Positions 1 to 11,897 are shown, counted from the stretch's first letter. The stretch: 64,000 bases of DNA from an uncultured delta proteobacterium (GCA_963808235.1 CAWEEQ010000004.1:2016001-2080000), one strand, 5' to 3'. Notes: generated from the sequence alone by a model not told the origin. Numbers and translations are program-made.

Positions 1-121
1 AGAGGGCGATTTAGAAACTCGCTCCAGTCTCTCGAAGTTCGACAAATACTCCAACACGCGGATTTAAAGCATAGCTAATCCAACCAAGCCATTAAAGACC
101 CGCCTTTTTCGGACGGAATCC

Positions 122-403
122 TCATCGAATCCGAAACTCGGTGAATTCACCGTTGTAATCGAGCCACTCCTCGCGTACGTCGGTTACGTGCGCCGACGGC
201 GGGCCGCGATGCGCCCACGCGGCGAGCTTCTTCAAGCTCTCGCGACGCCCTTCCGCGACTATTTCGACCTCGCCGCCCGCTAGGTTGCGCACCCATCCTG
301 CTAATGTGAGGTCGTTCGCTTCGTCAAAAGCACTGAAGCGAAACCCGACCCCCTGCACGCGCCCACGGATGATCAGACGAACCCTGGCCCGGGCGGTTTC
401 CAT
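122..403 (-). CDS. acyP: Acylphosphatase
   Basis: 93 aa; GRVQGVGFR and GWVRN motifs. Confidence 0.95.
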   Translation of the reverse strand: METARARVRLIIRGRVQGVGFRFSAFDEANDLTLAGWVRNLAGGEVEIVAEGRRESLKKLAAWAHRGPPSAHVTDVREEWLDYNGEFTEFRIR

Positions 404-406
404 AAT

Positions 407-2434
<2,028 letters not shown>

Positions 2435-3130
2435 CTACCGGCGCGCGTAGCCCATCGCGTCCAGGAAATCGTCGAGGGTGGGAAAGCGCATGTACATGTT
2501 GTGCCGCTTCTGCTCGCCAATCGTGGTGCGCGATTCCGGCGAGTACGCATGCCCCGGGTACACCACCGTGGCGTCGTCGAGGTTCCGCAGCGTGTCGTTC
2601 AGGCTGTGATACATCGCTTCCGGATCCGACCCCGGCAAATCGACTCGCCCGCAAGAGTTCACGAACAACGTGTCCCCGGAAATCAGATTCCCTTCGGCGA
2701 GAAAGCATTGCGAGCCCGGCGTATGCCCCGGCGTGTGCAGAAACTTGATCTCGAGCTCTCCGACCTTGACCGTGTCGCCCGCCTCGACTTTGACCAGGTC
2801 GGAATCCGACAGCCCCGACACCTGCTTCACGCCTTCCGCCTCATGCTTGTTGACGTAGACCTTGGCCTTCACGCTTTCGAGCAGCTTGGCCGCGCCCTCG
2901 ATATTCTGCCCCATCATCCGCCCGCCCAAATGATCTGGATGGTAATGCGTCAGCAGAATTTTTTCGATTTCGTAGCCTTCGTTTTCAGCGTATTTCCGAA
3001 TCGCCTCAACGTCCCACGCCGGATCGACCACCGCAACCTTTCGCGTCACCGGATCCCCAATCAGGTAAACGTAGTTCGCCATCGGCCCAACCTGCGCCTG
3101 GCGCAAATAAATTTTCTCGGCTTCAGCCAT
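2435..3130 (-). CDS. MBL-fold metallo-hydrolase (glyoxalase II-like)
   Basis: THYHPDH, HTPGHTPG, SGDTLF, YPGH motifs. Confidence 0.9.
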   Translation of the reverse strand: MAEAEKIYLRQAQVGPMANYVYLIGDPVTRKVAVVDPAWDVEAIRKYAENEGYEIEKILLTHYHPDHLGGRMMGQNIEGAAKLLESVKAKVYVNKHEAEGVKQVSGLSDSDLVKVEAGDTVKVGELEIKFLHTPGHTPGSQCFLAEGNLISGDTLFVNSCGRVDLPGSDPEAMYHSLNDTLRNLDDATVVYPGHAYSPESRTTIGEQKRHNMYMRFPTLDDFLDAMGYARR

Positions 3131-3145
3131 CGCGATTTTTCCTCG

Positions 3146-4072
3146 CTATCCCTTGCTGCGCTGGTCGTATGAGATTGAGTAAGCGGCCGATCGAGCCGGC
3201 GGAATAGGATCGGCCGAGAGCTCGATTCCGTCGGTCAGATTAGTGGGATCGAACACCAACCGGCGCTCGTCGGCCGCGCTCGTCGCCGAGATGCTCGTCA
3301 CCTCCAGCCGCCCCAGCTCGACGTTTGGCCGGTCCGCCGGCCACAACACGGTGACGTCATCCGTCGGATCGCTCTTCTCAGCCAGTTGCAAGCGGAGGCG
3401 GAACGCGACCGGTCCCTTTTTCAGGCGACCCTCAAGCTCCTCGCGGAGGAAGTTTGCGCTGCGGCGGCTCCCATCGTCAGGCGAGAGATAAGCCTCGTTC
3501 GCCTCGGGCGTCCAGCGATAGCGACCGAATCGGCTGGTACCATCCTGTGCGATGAACCGAAAAGCGTGCTCTGCAAAGTAGCTCGACTGGCCATAACTGG
3601 CCGGCACCGGCTTCTGCGTCAGGCGCTCAATGAATCCGCGCGCCGCAGGATGACTCGCAATAAACCGCGGGACCGCATCGGGATCAGGCTTGCCGGTAGC
3701 GGGAACCGGAAGCTGCGCCTGGAGGAACGCGAGAAACTCCTCGGGCGTCCGCGCCGGAAACCCTTCGATCGAGTTCGCAAGGATGTCCGCGTGCTTGCCG
3801 CCGGGTAACTGAAATTTCACCGCCATCGATCGCACACTTGGCAAGCCGTCGTGCACCTCCGGATCGCCGCTCGAATTGGCGAACCGGATGACGACTGGCA
3901 CCGGCTGGCCCTGCAGATGCGCCGCGCGGCTCACACCGCGCGCCTCCGCCGTAGCGCGAAACGTGCCCGCACATACGATGCCCTTGGCGTGAACGGGACG
4001 GAACCCAGGATGCGCGCCGGCAAGCGTGCGCATCGCCTCGACGATTTGAGCAGCAACGGTAGATTCCGGCAT
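3146..4072 (-). CDS. Catalase-related peroxidase (SrpA-like small catalase)
   Basis: RPVHAKG distal His, RFANSSG, RSAAYSISY proximal Tyr; start placed at ATG 4072 after GGAG. Confidence 0.9.
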   Translation of the reverse strand: MPESTVAAQIVEAMRTLAGAHPGFRPVHAKGIVCAGTFRATAEARGVSRAAHLQGQPVPVVIRFANSSGDPEVHDGLPSVRSMAVKFQLPGGKHADILANSIEGFPARTPEEFLAFLQAQLPVPATGKPDPDAVPRFIASHPAARGFIERLTQKPVPASYGQSSYFAEHAFRFIAQDGTSRFGRYRWTPEANEAYLSPDDGSRRSANFLREELEGRLKKGPVAFRLRLQLAEKSDPTDDVTVLWPADRPNVELGRLEVTSISATSAADERRLVFDPTNLTDGIELSADPIPPARSAAYSISYDQRSKG

Positions 4073-4101
4073 TGTGAAAACTCCTTCCGGGTTGTCCGCG
4101 A

Positions 4102-4755
4102 TCAGGATTTGCCGTCGCGAGTTTTGCGCTTCGATATCCGCGCCGCTTGCTCCTCTTCTTCGATCCGCAGCGCGCGATCCCACAGAAACTCCGGCTCTCC
4201 GAGCCGCTTCGCCACCCATCGCGACTGCACGAACAGATGGTCGCTAAGCCGATTGACGTAGATGATCAGTTGATCGCTGATGTCTTCCTCACGCTTCAGC
4301 CGCCAGCATACCCGCTCGGCGCGTCGGCACACCGTTCGCGCCTGATGCAAAAACGCATTGAGCACGCCGCCGCCCGGCAGCGTGAAGGATTTGAGCGGCT
4401 CGAGCTCCTTCTCCATCGTGTCCATCTCGGCTTCGAGCTTCTTCACTTCGCCGCCGCCCATCTTGTGCATCTGCGGATACGAAAAATCGATGGGCGTCGC
4501 GAGTTCGCTGCCAACATCGAACAGTTCATTCTGAATCCGACGCAAGCTCTCCGAATACGCGTCGAAGTCGTCGCCGAACCCAGCGCGATAATTCGGCAAG
4601 TAGGTGCGAACGATCCCAATGATCGCGTTCAGCTCGTCGATCGTCCCGTAGGCTTCCAGCCGCCCGCTCTCCTTGGGCACGCGCTTTCCGCCAACCAGCG
4701 CGGTCATGCCCTTGTCGCCGGTGCGGGTGTAAATCTTTGTCAGGCGAATCGCCAT
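4102..4755 (-). CDS. Cob(I)alamin adenosyltransferase, PduO/MMAB type
   Basis: KIYTRTGDKG, YGTIDELN, ARTVCRRAER, NRLSD motifs. Confidence 0.95.
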   Translation of the reverse strand: MAIRLTKIYTRTGDKGMTALVGGKRVPKESGRLEAYGTIDELNAIIGIVRTYLPNYRAGFGDDFDAYSESLRRIQNELFDVGSELATPIDFSYPQMHKMGGGEVKKLEAEMDTMEKELEPLKSFTLPGGGVLNAFLHQARTVCRRAERVCWRLKREEDISDQLIIYVNRLSDHLFVQSRWVAKRLGEPEFLWDRALRIEEEEQAARISKRKTRDGKS

Positions 4756-5195
4756 CAAACGCCCGCCTTCTTCCGTTGCGATTCGTAGCTCGCATCGCCG
4801 AGCTCAGTCGTCACCGGCAGGCCCGCATCTCTCCATCCGGCGACGACGACCTGTCGCGACGCGTCGCGCTGGCCGCCAAAGCCACCGACCACGTTCGTCA
4901 GATCGGTGTAGCCAGCCTCCTCGAGCATGTCGCACGCACGCTGCGAACGCCCGCCCGCCATGCATCCGACGACGAGTTTCTTGCCGCGCGGAATCACCTT
5001 CTCCGCGACTTCGACAAAATCGAGGTTCATCTGCATCTGCCCCGGCCCCTTCGCAACCATCACCGGAATATTAATCGCGCCCTCAGGATGCCCCGCCGCA
5101 AACTCACCCTCAGTCCGCACATCAAGGTAAAGCGCATCGGGATTTTTCTTGAGCGTCTCGTAAGCCTCAAGAGGATTTTTCTGTTGTATCGGCAT
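4755..5195 (-). CDS. Rhodanese-like domain protein
   Basis: LDVRTEGEF..GHPEGAINIP and CMAGGRS active loop; TGATG overlap with next gene. Confidence 0.9.
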   Translation of the reverse strand: MPIQQKNPLEAYETLKKNPDALYLDVRTEGEFAAGHPEGAINIPVMVAKGPGQMQMNLDFVEVAEKVIPRGKKLVVGCMAGGRSQRACDMLEEAGYTDLTNVVGGFGGQRDASRQVVVAGWRDAGLPVTTELGDASYESQRKKAGV

Positions 5196-5277
5196 CGCCT
5201 AATACCCTTCTCGATCAGTTATCTAAACTCTATCAGATTGAATTGCCTCTCCCTGACAGGGAGCTCCTATCCCAGTA

Positions 5278-5419
5278 GCACGGGCGTCCCTGCCCGTGAT
5301 TGAGCTGAACAAATGCGAAACCTTCGAACGCTTCCCGCTTCCCACAATAACCCCGCGAAATGCCGCCACTGGCCGCTTCGCGTTTGTCCTGACCCCGGGT
5401 GCAGGGGTCACCCCTGCCG
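5278..5419 (+). repeat. Composite REP-like element, copy 1
   Basis: GCACGGGCGTCCCTGCCCGTGATTGA (5278-5303) and GGGTGCAGGGGTCACCCCTGCCG (5397-5419), both identical to 11067-11092 and 11186-11208 with the same 119-bp offset. Confidence 0.85.
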
Positions 5420-5446
5420 CCAGCCGCGCAGGCGTGACTAAAATTC

Positions 5447-5959
5447 TTACTCTCCTGACTTCCCGAAGCGTTCCTGATGCACTATTTCCCGCCGTGGCTT
5501 GATCGCCTTGGCTTGCGGCGGATTTTTCGGATCGGTGTATCCAAACGGCAGAATCGTGAAGATCGCCCATCCGGTCGGCACCGCGAGCATCGCGCCGATT
5601 TTCGCAGCGTCGAAGTTTCCCACCCAGCACGTGCCGAGACCGAGCGCCCATCCCGCATTCGCCATGTTCTGCACTGCCTGCGCGCAGTCCACGTCGGCCC
5701 ATCGCGCATTTGCGACATCCTTCAACACCACGATCGCGGCCGGCGACTCTGCAACGAAACGCCCCGTCGAGCACAGCGCGCCGATTTCCTTCAGCGTCTC
5801 GCGAGTGCGCACCACGATGAACTGCCACGGCTGCAGGTTCCGCGCGCTCATCGCATGCCGCCCCGCGTCGACAATCTTCGCAAGCTTCTCCGGCTCGACC
5901 GCCTTATCGGAAAACGCCCGCTGAACCCGCCGCGTGAGAATCGCTTCCAGAGCATCCAT
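5447..5959 (-). CDS. Nitroreductase family protein
   Basis: AILTRR..RAF, AMSARNLQPWQF, GLGTCWVG; GGAGG 8 nt before ATG 5959. Confidence 0.92.
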   Translation of the reverse strand: MDALEAILTRRVQRAFSDKAVEPEKLAKIVDAGRHAMSARNLQPWQFIVVRTRETLKEIGALCSTGRFVAESPAAIVVLKDVANARWADVDCAQAVQNMANAGWALGLGTCWVGNFDAAKIGAMLAVPTGWAIFTILPFGYTDPKNPPQAKAIKPRREIVHQERFGKSGE

Positions 5960-6087
5960 GGCACGCGCCTCCATCGCAAAAGTTTACTGTGTCAAGCAAC
6001 AACAAAAACTTGTAGTATCAACCCGCCGTTGAATCCAGTTAGAAGGTTAGAAGTTCGATTGGAAGCGGGGAGCGTCGGTATCAGTTC

Positions 6088-8847
6088 GTGGCGGTTTCAA
6101 GATGCACTAGACGGTTTGCGCGGGCCATTTCCGCGCTCCTGATTCTGACCCTCATCCCCGCAGTCGCTGTCGCCGCCGACTCCGGGTTCAACGTCTATTA
6201 TTCCGGCGCCGAGGATCTCGTCCTCTCACGCCTGCTCCTCGATCCGACTACGCATCGCGTCACAAATCTGAACGACGCGACCACCGCCGTCTACCAGGAC
6301 AATCTGCCGCCACCCGGTCCCGAGCTCGAAGCTCTGAAGGCGCGCGTCGCCTCAGGGATGGGCCTGTTGATCGTCACCGGGCAGCACACCTCGCCCGCCG
6401 CCCTCGATTCCATCACGAGTGGTGCGATCAAGCAGACCGGCGTTGTCGACGTGATAAGCGGCGCGACTCATGCGCGCGAGATGGAACGTCTCGCCGCGGT
6501 GCTCGAGTACACCGGGCCGCCGACAGATCCGATCGCGACCAACATGAGCTGGAAGTCCGCGGTCCGCGTGCACGAGCGCTCGATCCTCCAGACCACCAGC
6601 TTCGCAACTGTGATGGTCGCGACCAACCAGAGCGACCCGGTGCGCCCGCGCGATCCGATCCTCATTCGCGTCGAGTCAGGCAAGGGCACTATCGACGTGC
6701 TCAACGTATGGCTCCGCCAGGGCGATCAGCGCGAGCGCATCGCGAGCATTATCACGATGCTCAAGGGAATCGAGGGCGCCGAGAATTACGACTTCCAGCG
6801 TTGGCCATACTTCAACTGGCTGCTCTACGACTTGAGCCGCGCCGCCGCGAACCGGCCGGTCACCTCGTACGCCGACTGGATCGCGTCGCCGGTGCCCGAC
6901 CGCACGCAGATCTTCATGCTCGCGGCGCTGTTCTGCTCGATGTTCGGGTTGTTCGTCGCCGCCTACGTCACGGTGCGCCGCTACAGCCTGCGCCATCCCG
7001 AGAAGCTCGAGCAATTCTATCTGCCGCGCGAAACGAAACCACGACCCGCGTCGCTGGGCGCGGCGGCTGCGGTGCCGGCGATAACGGGCGACGAATCGAA
7101 GAGGACGGCGCACGGCGATCCGCGATGGGAGATCGTGGGTTTCCATCGTCCGCTGAGCGGATTCTTCTACAACTACCTGCTCGCGCTGATGATCATGATC
7201 CCGTTCAACTTCATCGTGACGTTTTACATCGAGCGCACCTTCGTCAATCCATTCCTCGAGGCCCGCGGCGCGTGGGCGGCGGTCACCCAGTTCATGACCT
7301 TCTTCTTCATCCTGCTCGATCTCGGCACCAGCCAGGCGATGGTGAAATATTTCGCCGAGTACCGGGTCAAGGAACCCGGCCGCGCGATCAGCTACGCGCA
7401 ATTTTTCATCTGGTTCCATGCGCTCGCCGGCATGTTCCAGATAATGGTGCTGGGACTCGCCGCCGCCATTATGCTGCCGCACACCGCGGTCGCCTTCCTG
7501 ACCTGGTTCGTGGTCCTGCACACGCTCATCCAGTTCCCCGGCTTTATCGCGATTTTTTTCAACCTGTTCCGCGCGCTGCAGCGCTTCGATTACGCGCAGT
7601 TCCTGATCGTGCTGACCTACGTGATGACGCCGGCCGTCCAGATGGGATGCGCGATCTACATGCGCCACTGGGGCCTCTCGCATCCGATTTTTGGCGAGGG
7701 GATGGGCGTGGTGATCGGCTTTGCGCTCGGCGGCGTCGTCGCGAACCTGCTGATGGGCATCTTCTGCGCGATTTTCTACGACAAGATGGGCTTCAGACTC
7801 AGCACGATTTTCCTGGCCCACTTCGATCGCGACACGATCAACAAATCGATCGTCTACGGCGCCAAGCTGACCGGCGGTTCGGTCGCGGGAGCGCTTAGCT
7901 GGGGGTTGCTCCCGGTCATCATGGGCGCGCTGCTGCCGAACTTTCTCGAGCTCAACGAGATCTGGATCCTCACCTTCTCGCTGACCTTCGCGTACCTGGA
8001 AACCGGCGCGTACATCTTTACCACCCTGATGCCCTCGATATCCGAGAGCTACTCGCAGCAGATGATGAATCTCACCCGGCGCTACCTCGACCAGGGACTG
8101 CGCTGGGGAATTATCGTCACCTCGATGCTCGGTGGAGCGTTCCTCGCGTTCTCCGACGTATTCGTAAAGGGACTGCTGCCGCCGCAATTCGCGCGCGCGG
8201 CCGGCGTGATGATCCTGATGCATCTGTGGCGCGCCACAGACTTCACCACTCGACTCCCCGACCAGGTCTTCCAGGGCGTCGGACGCACCGGCACTTACAC
8301 CTGGACTTCGCTCGTAGAGCACGGCAGCCGCATAGTCCTCGTCTGGTTTTTGATTCAATGGTACGGCTTCAACGGCGTCTTCTATGCCTTCATGATTTCG
8401 TCGCTGCTGCGCGCCGCGATCGCGTGGCCGCTGATGGGTTACCTGGTCGCGTGGCCGTCGCTCAGCGTTTATCAGACGCTCGTCAACCCCGCGCTCTCTG
8501 CGGTGGCGAATTATTTCGTCCTGCGCGGATTCGCCGCGATGATATTCCGCGGCCCGGGCCACGTCGGCAGCGCATTCGTCGTCGTACTGCTGAGCCTGTT
8601 CGGCTCGTTGCCGATCTACATGTTCTTCAGCGGCCTCTTCGGATGGGATCGCGCAAGCCTCGCCGAGTTCCGCGACGCCGCCGAGCTGGTGCCGGCCCCC
8701 TTCGGCGCCATAGCCCGAATGGCCCACAGCCTCGTGCAGTTCGGCTCAAAGCTAAGCCCTCTCCACGACCGCTTCCCCGGCAACCTCGTCGAAGAAGCCG
8801 CCGAAGACGCCGCCCAACTAACCGCCCTGAAAGCGGAGCTGCACTGA
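6088..8847 (+). CDS. Membrane protein: signal peptide, extracytoplasmic domain, then MOP/Wzx-like flippase domain
   Basis: 919 aa; N-terminal hydrophobic signal, ~240-aa soluble domain, many TM helices with LDLGTSQAMVKYFAEY and LMPSISESY patterns typical of Wzx-like exporters. Confidence 0.7.
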   Translation: MAVSRCTRRFARAISALLILTLIPAVAVAADSGFNVYYSGAEDLVLSRLLLDPTTHRVTNLNDATTAVYQDNLPPPGPELEALKARVASGMGLLIVTGQHTSPAALDSITSGAIKQTGVVDVISGATHAREMERLAAVLEYTGPPTDPIATNMSWKSAVRVHERSILQTTSFATVMVATNQSDPVRPRDPILIRVESGKGTIDVLNVWLRQGDQRERIASIITMLKGIEGAENYDFQRWPYFNWLLYDLSRAAANRPVTSYADWIASPVPDRTQIFMLAALFCSMFGLFVAAYVTVRRYSLRHPEKLEQFYLPRETKPRPASLGAAAAVPAITGDESKRTAHGDPRWEIVGFHRPLSGFFYNYLLALMIMIPFNFIVTFYIERTFVNPFLEARGAWAAVTQFMTFFFILLDLGTSQAMVKYFAEYRVKEPGRAISYAQFFIWFHALAGMFQIMVLGLAAAIMLPHTAVAFLTWFVVLHTLIQFPGFIAIFFNLFRALQRFDYAQFLIVLTYVMTPAVQMGCAIYMRHWGLSHPIFGEGMGVVIGFALGGVVANLLMGIFCAIFYDKMGFRLSTIFLAHFDRDTINKSIVYGAKLTGGSVAGALSWGLLPVIMGALLPNFLELNEIWILTFSLTFAYLETGAYIFTTLMPSISESYSQQMMNLTRRYLDQGLRWGIIVTSMLGGAFLAFSDVFVKGLLPPQFARAAGVMILMHLWRATDFTTRLPDQVFQGVGRTGTYTWTSLVEHGSRIVLVWFLIQWYGFNGVFYAFMISSLLRAAIAWPLMGYLVAWPSLSVYQTLVNPALSAVANYFVLRGFAAMIFRGPGHVGSAFVVVLLSLFGSLPIYMFFSGLFGWDRASLAEFRDAAELVPAPFGAIARMAHSLVQFGSKLSPLHDRFPGNLVEEAAEDAAQLTALKAELH

Positions 8848-8859
8848 TCTGTTTGCTCT

Positions 8860-8911
8860 CTTTTTTGTGTCATTCTCAGCGCAGCCTTTTTTGTGTCATT
8901 CCGAGCGAAGC
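8860..8911 (+). repeat. 26-bp imperfect tandem repeat, GTCATTCCGAGCGAAGC-type REP
   Basis: CTTTTTTGTGTCATTCTCAGCGCAGC followed by CTTTTTTGTGTCATTCCGAGCGAAGC. Confidence 0.75.
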
Positions 8912-9044
8912 CGAGGAACCCCGGATCTTTCTCGGCGCAAAACACTTCGACTCCACTGAGGGCACGCGGAGCTGAGCTACTCCGAATTCAATATGCCGTG
9001 CACAAGGTGAGCTCATAACTAGCGCCGACACGACACTGCTAATA

Positions 9045-9097
9045 GCCTCGCCCTGACAGGGAGAGGCCGACGCTCGTCTTCGAGCGGCGGGTGAGGG
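9045..9097. repeat. REP-like palindrome (CCCTCACCC...CCTCTCCC class)
   Basis: GCCTCGCCCTGACAGGGAGAGGC hairpin plus GGGTGAGGG; partial copy at 5245-5263 and related inverted copy at 34920-35005. Confidence 0.7.
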
Positions 9098-9173
9098 TCC
9101 GAATTCCAAATTCTCTCCGACGATGCTTTACGTTGTCTCGCAACCAAGAACGTCCGCAAGGCCGGTCGGCCCT

Positions 9174-9629
9174 TCAACCTCTTGTAGCGTTCGCGACGTA
9201 TGCCTTCGCCTCTTGGATCTCCTCAAGAGTACCAGAGCCAACGAATGCCGCATTGACTGCATCGTCAACGCCGTCATCTTGACGGGCGGCTGCAGCTGAA
9301 TACCACCTTAGCGCCTCATCACGATCGATCGGGACGCCCTTTCCACGAGAGTAGATGCGGCCGAGTTCGAGTTGCGCACGAAATTCGACTTTCGCTACGG
9401 CCTTATATAGGCGAATGGCTTCGACCAAGTCCTTAGGAATTCCCAGGCCCTCGGCATGCATCCGGGCTAGGTTTGCCACGGCACGCGAGGTGCCCGCTAG
9501 CGACAACAGCCGGAATGCCTCTTTGTAGTCAACGTCAACATCGACCCCATATAAGTAGCAGAGGCCAAGAACGCATTGATCGACGCGGCTGCCGGACTCA
9601 GCTCCTGCGCGTAACTCCCGAATATCCAA
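9174..9629 (-). CDS. Sel1-repeat protein
   Basis: LGLCYLYG.DV..DY.EA, LARMHAEGLGIPKD..EA, AQLELGRIYSRGKGVPID..EALRWY repeats. Confidence 0.85.
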   Translation of the reverse strand: MDIRELRAGAESGSRVDQCVLGLCYLYGVDVDVDYKEAFRLLSLAGTSRAVANLARMHAEGLGIPKDLVEAIRLYKAVAKVEFRAQLELGRIYSRGKGVPIDRDEALRWYSAAAARQDDGVDDAVNAAFVGSGTLEEIQEAKAYVANATRG

Positions 9630-9679
9630 CTTGACAGCGGTTTCGCACGGACATCGACCAAAGGCGTATCGACTACCAC

Positions 9680-9961
9680 CTACCCCCGCTTATAAACCGA
9701 GAACTCCCGCTCCAATTTCGCGACGCGCTCCTGTACCGACGACAGCCTCTGCACGCCAAGGAAAAATTGCACCAGCTCCTCGTGACCGGCCTGACCGCCC
9801 GGACTCATCACCTCGACCAGCTCCTCGATCAGACTCGGGAACTTCTCACTCGGGATGTAATAGTTCGCCCATCCGAAGTTGCAGTGGCGATGCAAAATCT
9901 TCGCGATCGTCTTTTCTAAAAGCTCGCGCCGTCCGCCTGGATGCTCTTGTTCGTCGTTCAC
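9680..9961 (-). CDS. Hypothetical protein
   Basis: 93-aa ORF with GGGGAG RBS, co-oriented with neighbours. Confidence 0.6.
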   Translation of the reverse strand: MNDEQEHPGGRRELLEKTIAKILHRHCNFGWANYYIPSEKFPSLIEELVEVMSPGGQAGHEELVQFFLGVQRLSSVQERVAKLEREFSVYKRG

Positions 9962-10035
9962 TCGATTACTCCCCGAGGGGTTTGCGATTCGCGCCTGTCG
10001 ATTTCGATTTTCATTTTCAACGGGCCGTCAGGCCG

Positions 10036-10947
10036 TCAAGCACCCTTCTTTACCTGAACACCGGGGTTGACGTGCGCCGGCGGCGTGTCTTCAGCCCATA
10101 GAATCTTGTGATAGTCGAAGCGCATGTTCTCGATAATATTGAACTTGACGATTTCGAAATAGGGTGACAAGTCGAAATCGCGCGGCGTTATCAACGTCGG
10201 CGAAACCATCTTGAGCACCCCATATTGCAGGGCCCCGGTCTTCGCGTGGATCGGCCACAGCTTGCGGCGGGGCGGCTCGACCGTCTCGGGCGGCAACTGC
10301 TCGTAGTTCGGCACGATCGGAAAGCGCACCCGATGGAACGACGATGCGATCACACTCGAGCATATGACGCGGGTCGGCTCTCCGCTGCCGAACTGCAAGG
10401 CTTGTCGGCGAAAGCGCGCGGGCACCAGGCTGACCGGCAGAAAATAGCGCGCGAGATCGATCACGTTGCGCAAGTCGTAAGTATCGCCGACGCTGCGAAT
10501 CGCCTCGTCCATCACTTCGGCCAGGTCCGCCGACGATAGGTTGAACGGGCGGCATACGCGGATATTGAAATCGCGATACTTGCTGAGCGGCGAGAGCACC
10601 ACGCCCGCCTCGACGATCGCCTCGACGACCAGGAAGTTGGCTTCCTCACCGAACTGTGCGACCAGCGGCGCCTTGAGCTGCGGATTGCGCCGAATCGGCT
10701 CGTCGCCGACGTATATCGCCGAATGCGACCACGAACTCTGGGTCAGGTACTTGATACATTCGCTGATCCGCTCGTTTCCTTCTACCAGGATAACGTCGCC
10801 CTTGCGTATATGACGCTTCAGCGCCGCAATGTCGTTCGGGATATGCAGCGCATAACTTTTTATCGGCTTGGTGAGCAGACCGATGGCGTAGTCGCTCATC
10901 CGGTCCAACAGCCGCGAAAAGATGCCCGATTTACCCTTCCGAGCCAT
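10036..10947 (-). CDS. Permuted papain-like NlpC/P60 (YiiX/YebB) cysteine hydrolase
   Basis: GDVILVEG, SSWSHSAIYVG (His), YD, ICSS (Cys) in permuted order. Confidence 0.88.
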   Translation of the reverse strand: MARKGKSGIFSRLLDRMSDYAIGLLTKPIKSYALHIPNDIAALKRHIRKGDVILVEGNERISECIKYLTQSSWSHSAIYVGDEPIRRNPQLKAPLVAQFGEEANFLVVEAIVEAGVVLSPLSKYRDFNIRVCRPFNLSSADLAEVMDEAIRSVGDTYDLRNVIDLARYFLPVSLVPARFRRQALQFGSGEPTRVICSSVIASSFHRVRFPIVPNYEQLPPETVEPPRRKLWPIHAKTGALQYGVLKMVSPTLITPRDFDLSPYFEIVKFNIIENMRFDYHKILWAEDTPPAHVNPGVQVKKGA

Positions 10948-11066
10948 TTAAGCCTGGCGAATCCCCCAACGCCGCGAATTCCAGCCCTACTTATTGACTA
11001 TAAGGAGCGCCGAAGGCTTGAGACAAGTCACCTCCGCCGCGCCCGTGGTCTTTCCTGATTCTGAGT

Positions 11067-11208
11067 GCACGGGCGTCCCTGCCCGTGATTGAACTGAACC
11101 AGCGCGAAATTCGGAAAGCTTTCCAGCGGCCGAGAGCAAAATGGCGTTCGCGCTCTGTGGGCTGCTTTGCGATTGAATGGACACTGGGTGCAGGGGTCAC
11201 CCCTGCCG
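11067..11208 (+). repeat. Composite REP-like element, copy 2
   Basis: Same two hairpins and spacing as 5278-5419. Confidence 0.85.
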
Positions 11209-11275
11209 CCCCGCGCAGCGGTCTGAATCCTAACGGGGAGGATGATTGTGTTTAACGGCTTAACGGCCGCGGCGA

Positions 11276-11698
11276 TCAGCGCCGTTGAAACGAGTAAGTC
11301 CTTGGCGCGTGCGTCTTAAGGTATTCGCGAAGCGAATCTATACCCCGGTCACGAACGGTCCGTTTCCAACCACTCGCGGTCTTCTCTTCGATCCACCATT
11401 GGCTGGCGCCAAGCCTGATATAGACGACGATGTTTGTTCCGACCTCGGCGCTGCCGCGACCGCCGAAATGGCTCAAGCGCAACCCGAACTCTTCAAAGAG
11501 GTCGTCGAAGTATCTCCAGTTCGCGCGAAATACGTGCGCTGGCGAGGGGTCAGGAACTTCCTTGGCCTTGATCGCGTAGCGCTCCATCAGGATCTTCTCC
11601 AAACGGTACGCAGTCGCTTTCTCTGCCGGCAGGGCTCCCTTATCGGAGCTGACCTTGCGCAGCAGCGCGATCTTTCGCAGCGCGTCCTCGACTGTCAT
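11276..11698 (-). CDS. Hypothetical protein with DUF2786-like N-terminus
   Basis: ALRKIALLRKVSSDKGALPAEKATAYRL..ILMERYAI resembles the DUF2786 pattern; start uncertain (ORF opens at 11752). Confidence 0.6.
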   Translation of the reverse strand: MTVEDALRKIALLRKVSSDKGALPAEKATAYRLEKILMERYAIKAKEVPDPSPAHVFRANWRYFDDLFEEFGLRLSHFGGRGSAEVGTNIVVYIRLGASQWWIEEKTASGWKRTVRDRGIDSLREYLKTHAPRTYSFQRR

Positions 11699-11897
11699 CG
11701 AATCCCCCCGAACTTGAGCAAACAACCTATTTATATCATCGATTTCAGTCAAGAATCACGTCAAACATCTTAATAACAAATGTAAACAGAGGATTTTCGG
11801 TCAGCCTTCGAAAAGGTTCCGCAATTCGATCCTGTCCAGTATCGCGAAAACGTGATTATCAGGCGCCAAAAGCGCTTTCTCATTCCAGATTATTCCA

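Noticed and set aside
6676-8727. 683-aa - strand ORF
   Set aside because: Antisense to the 919-aa membrane protein; composition reflects reverse-complement codon bias
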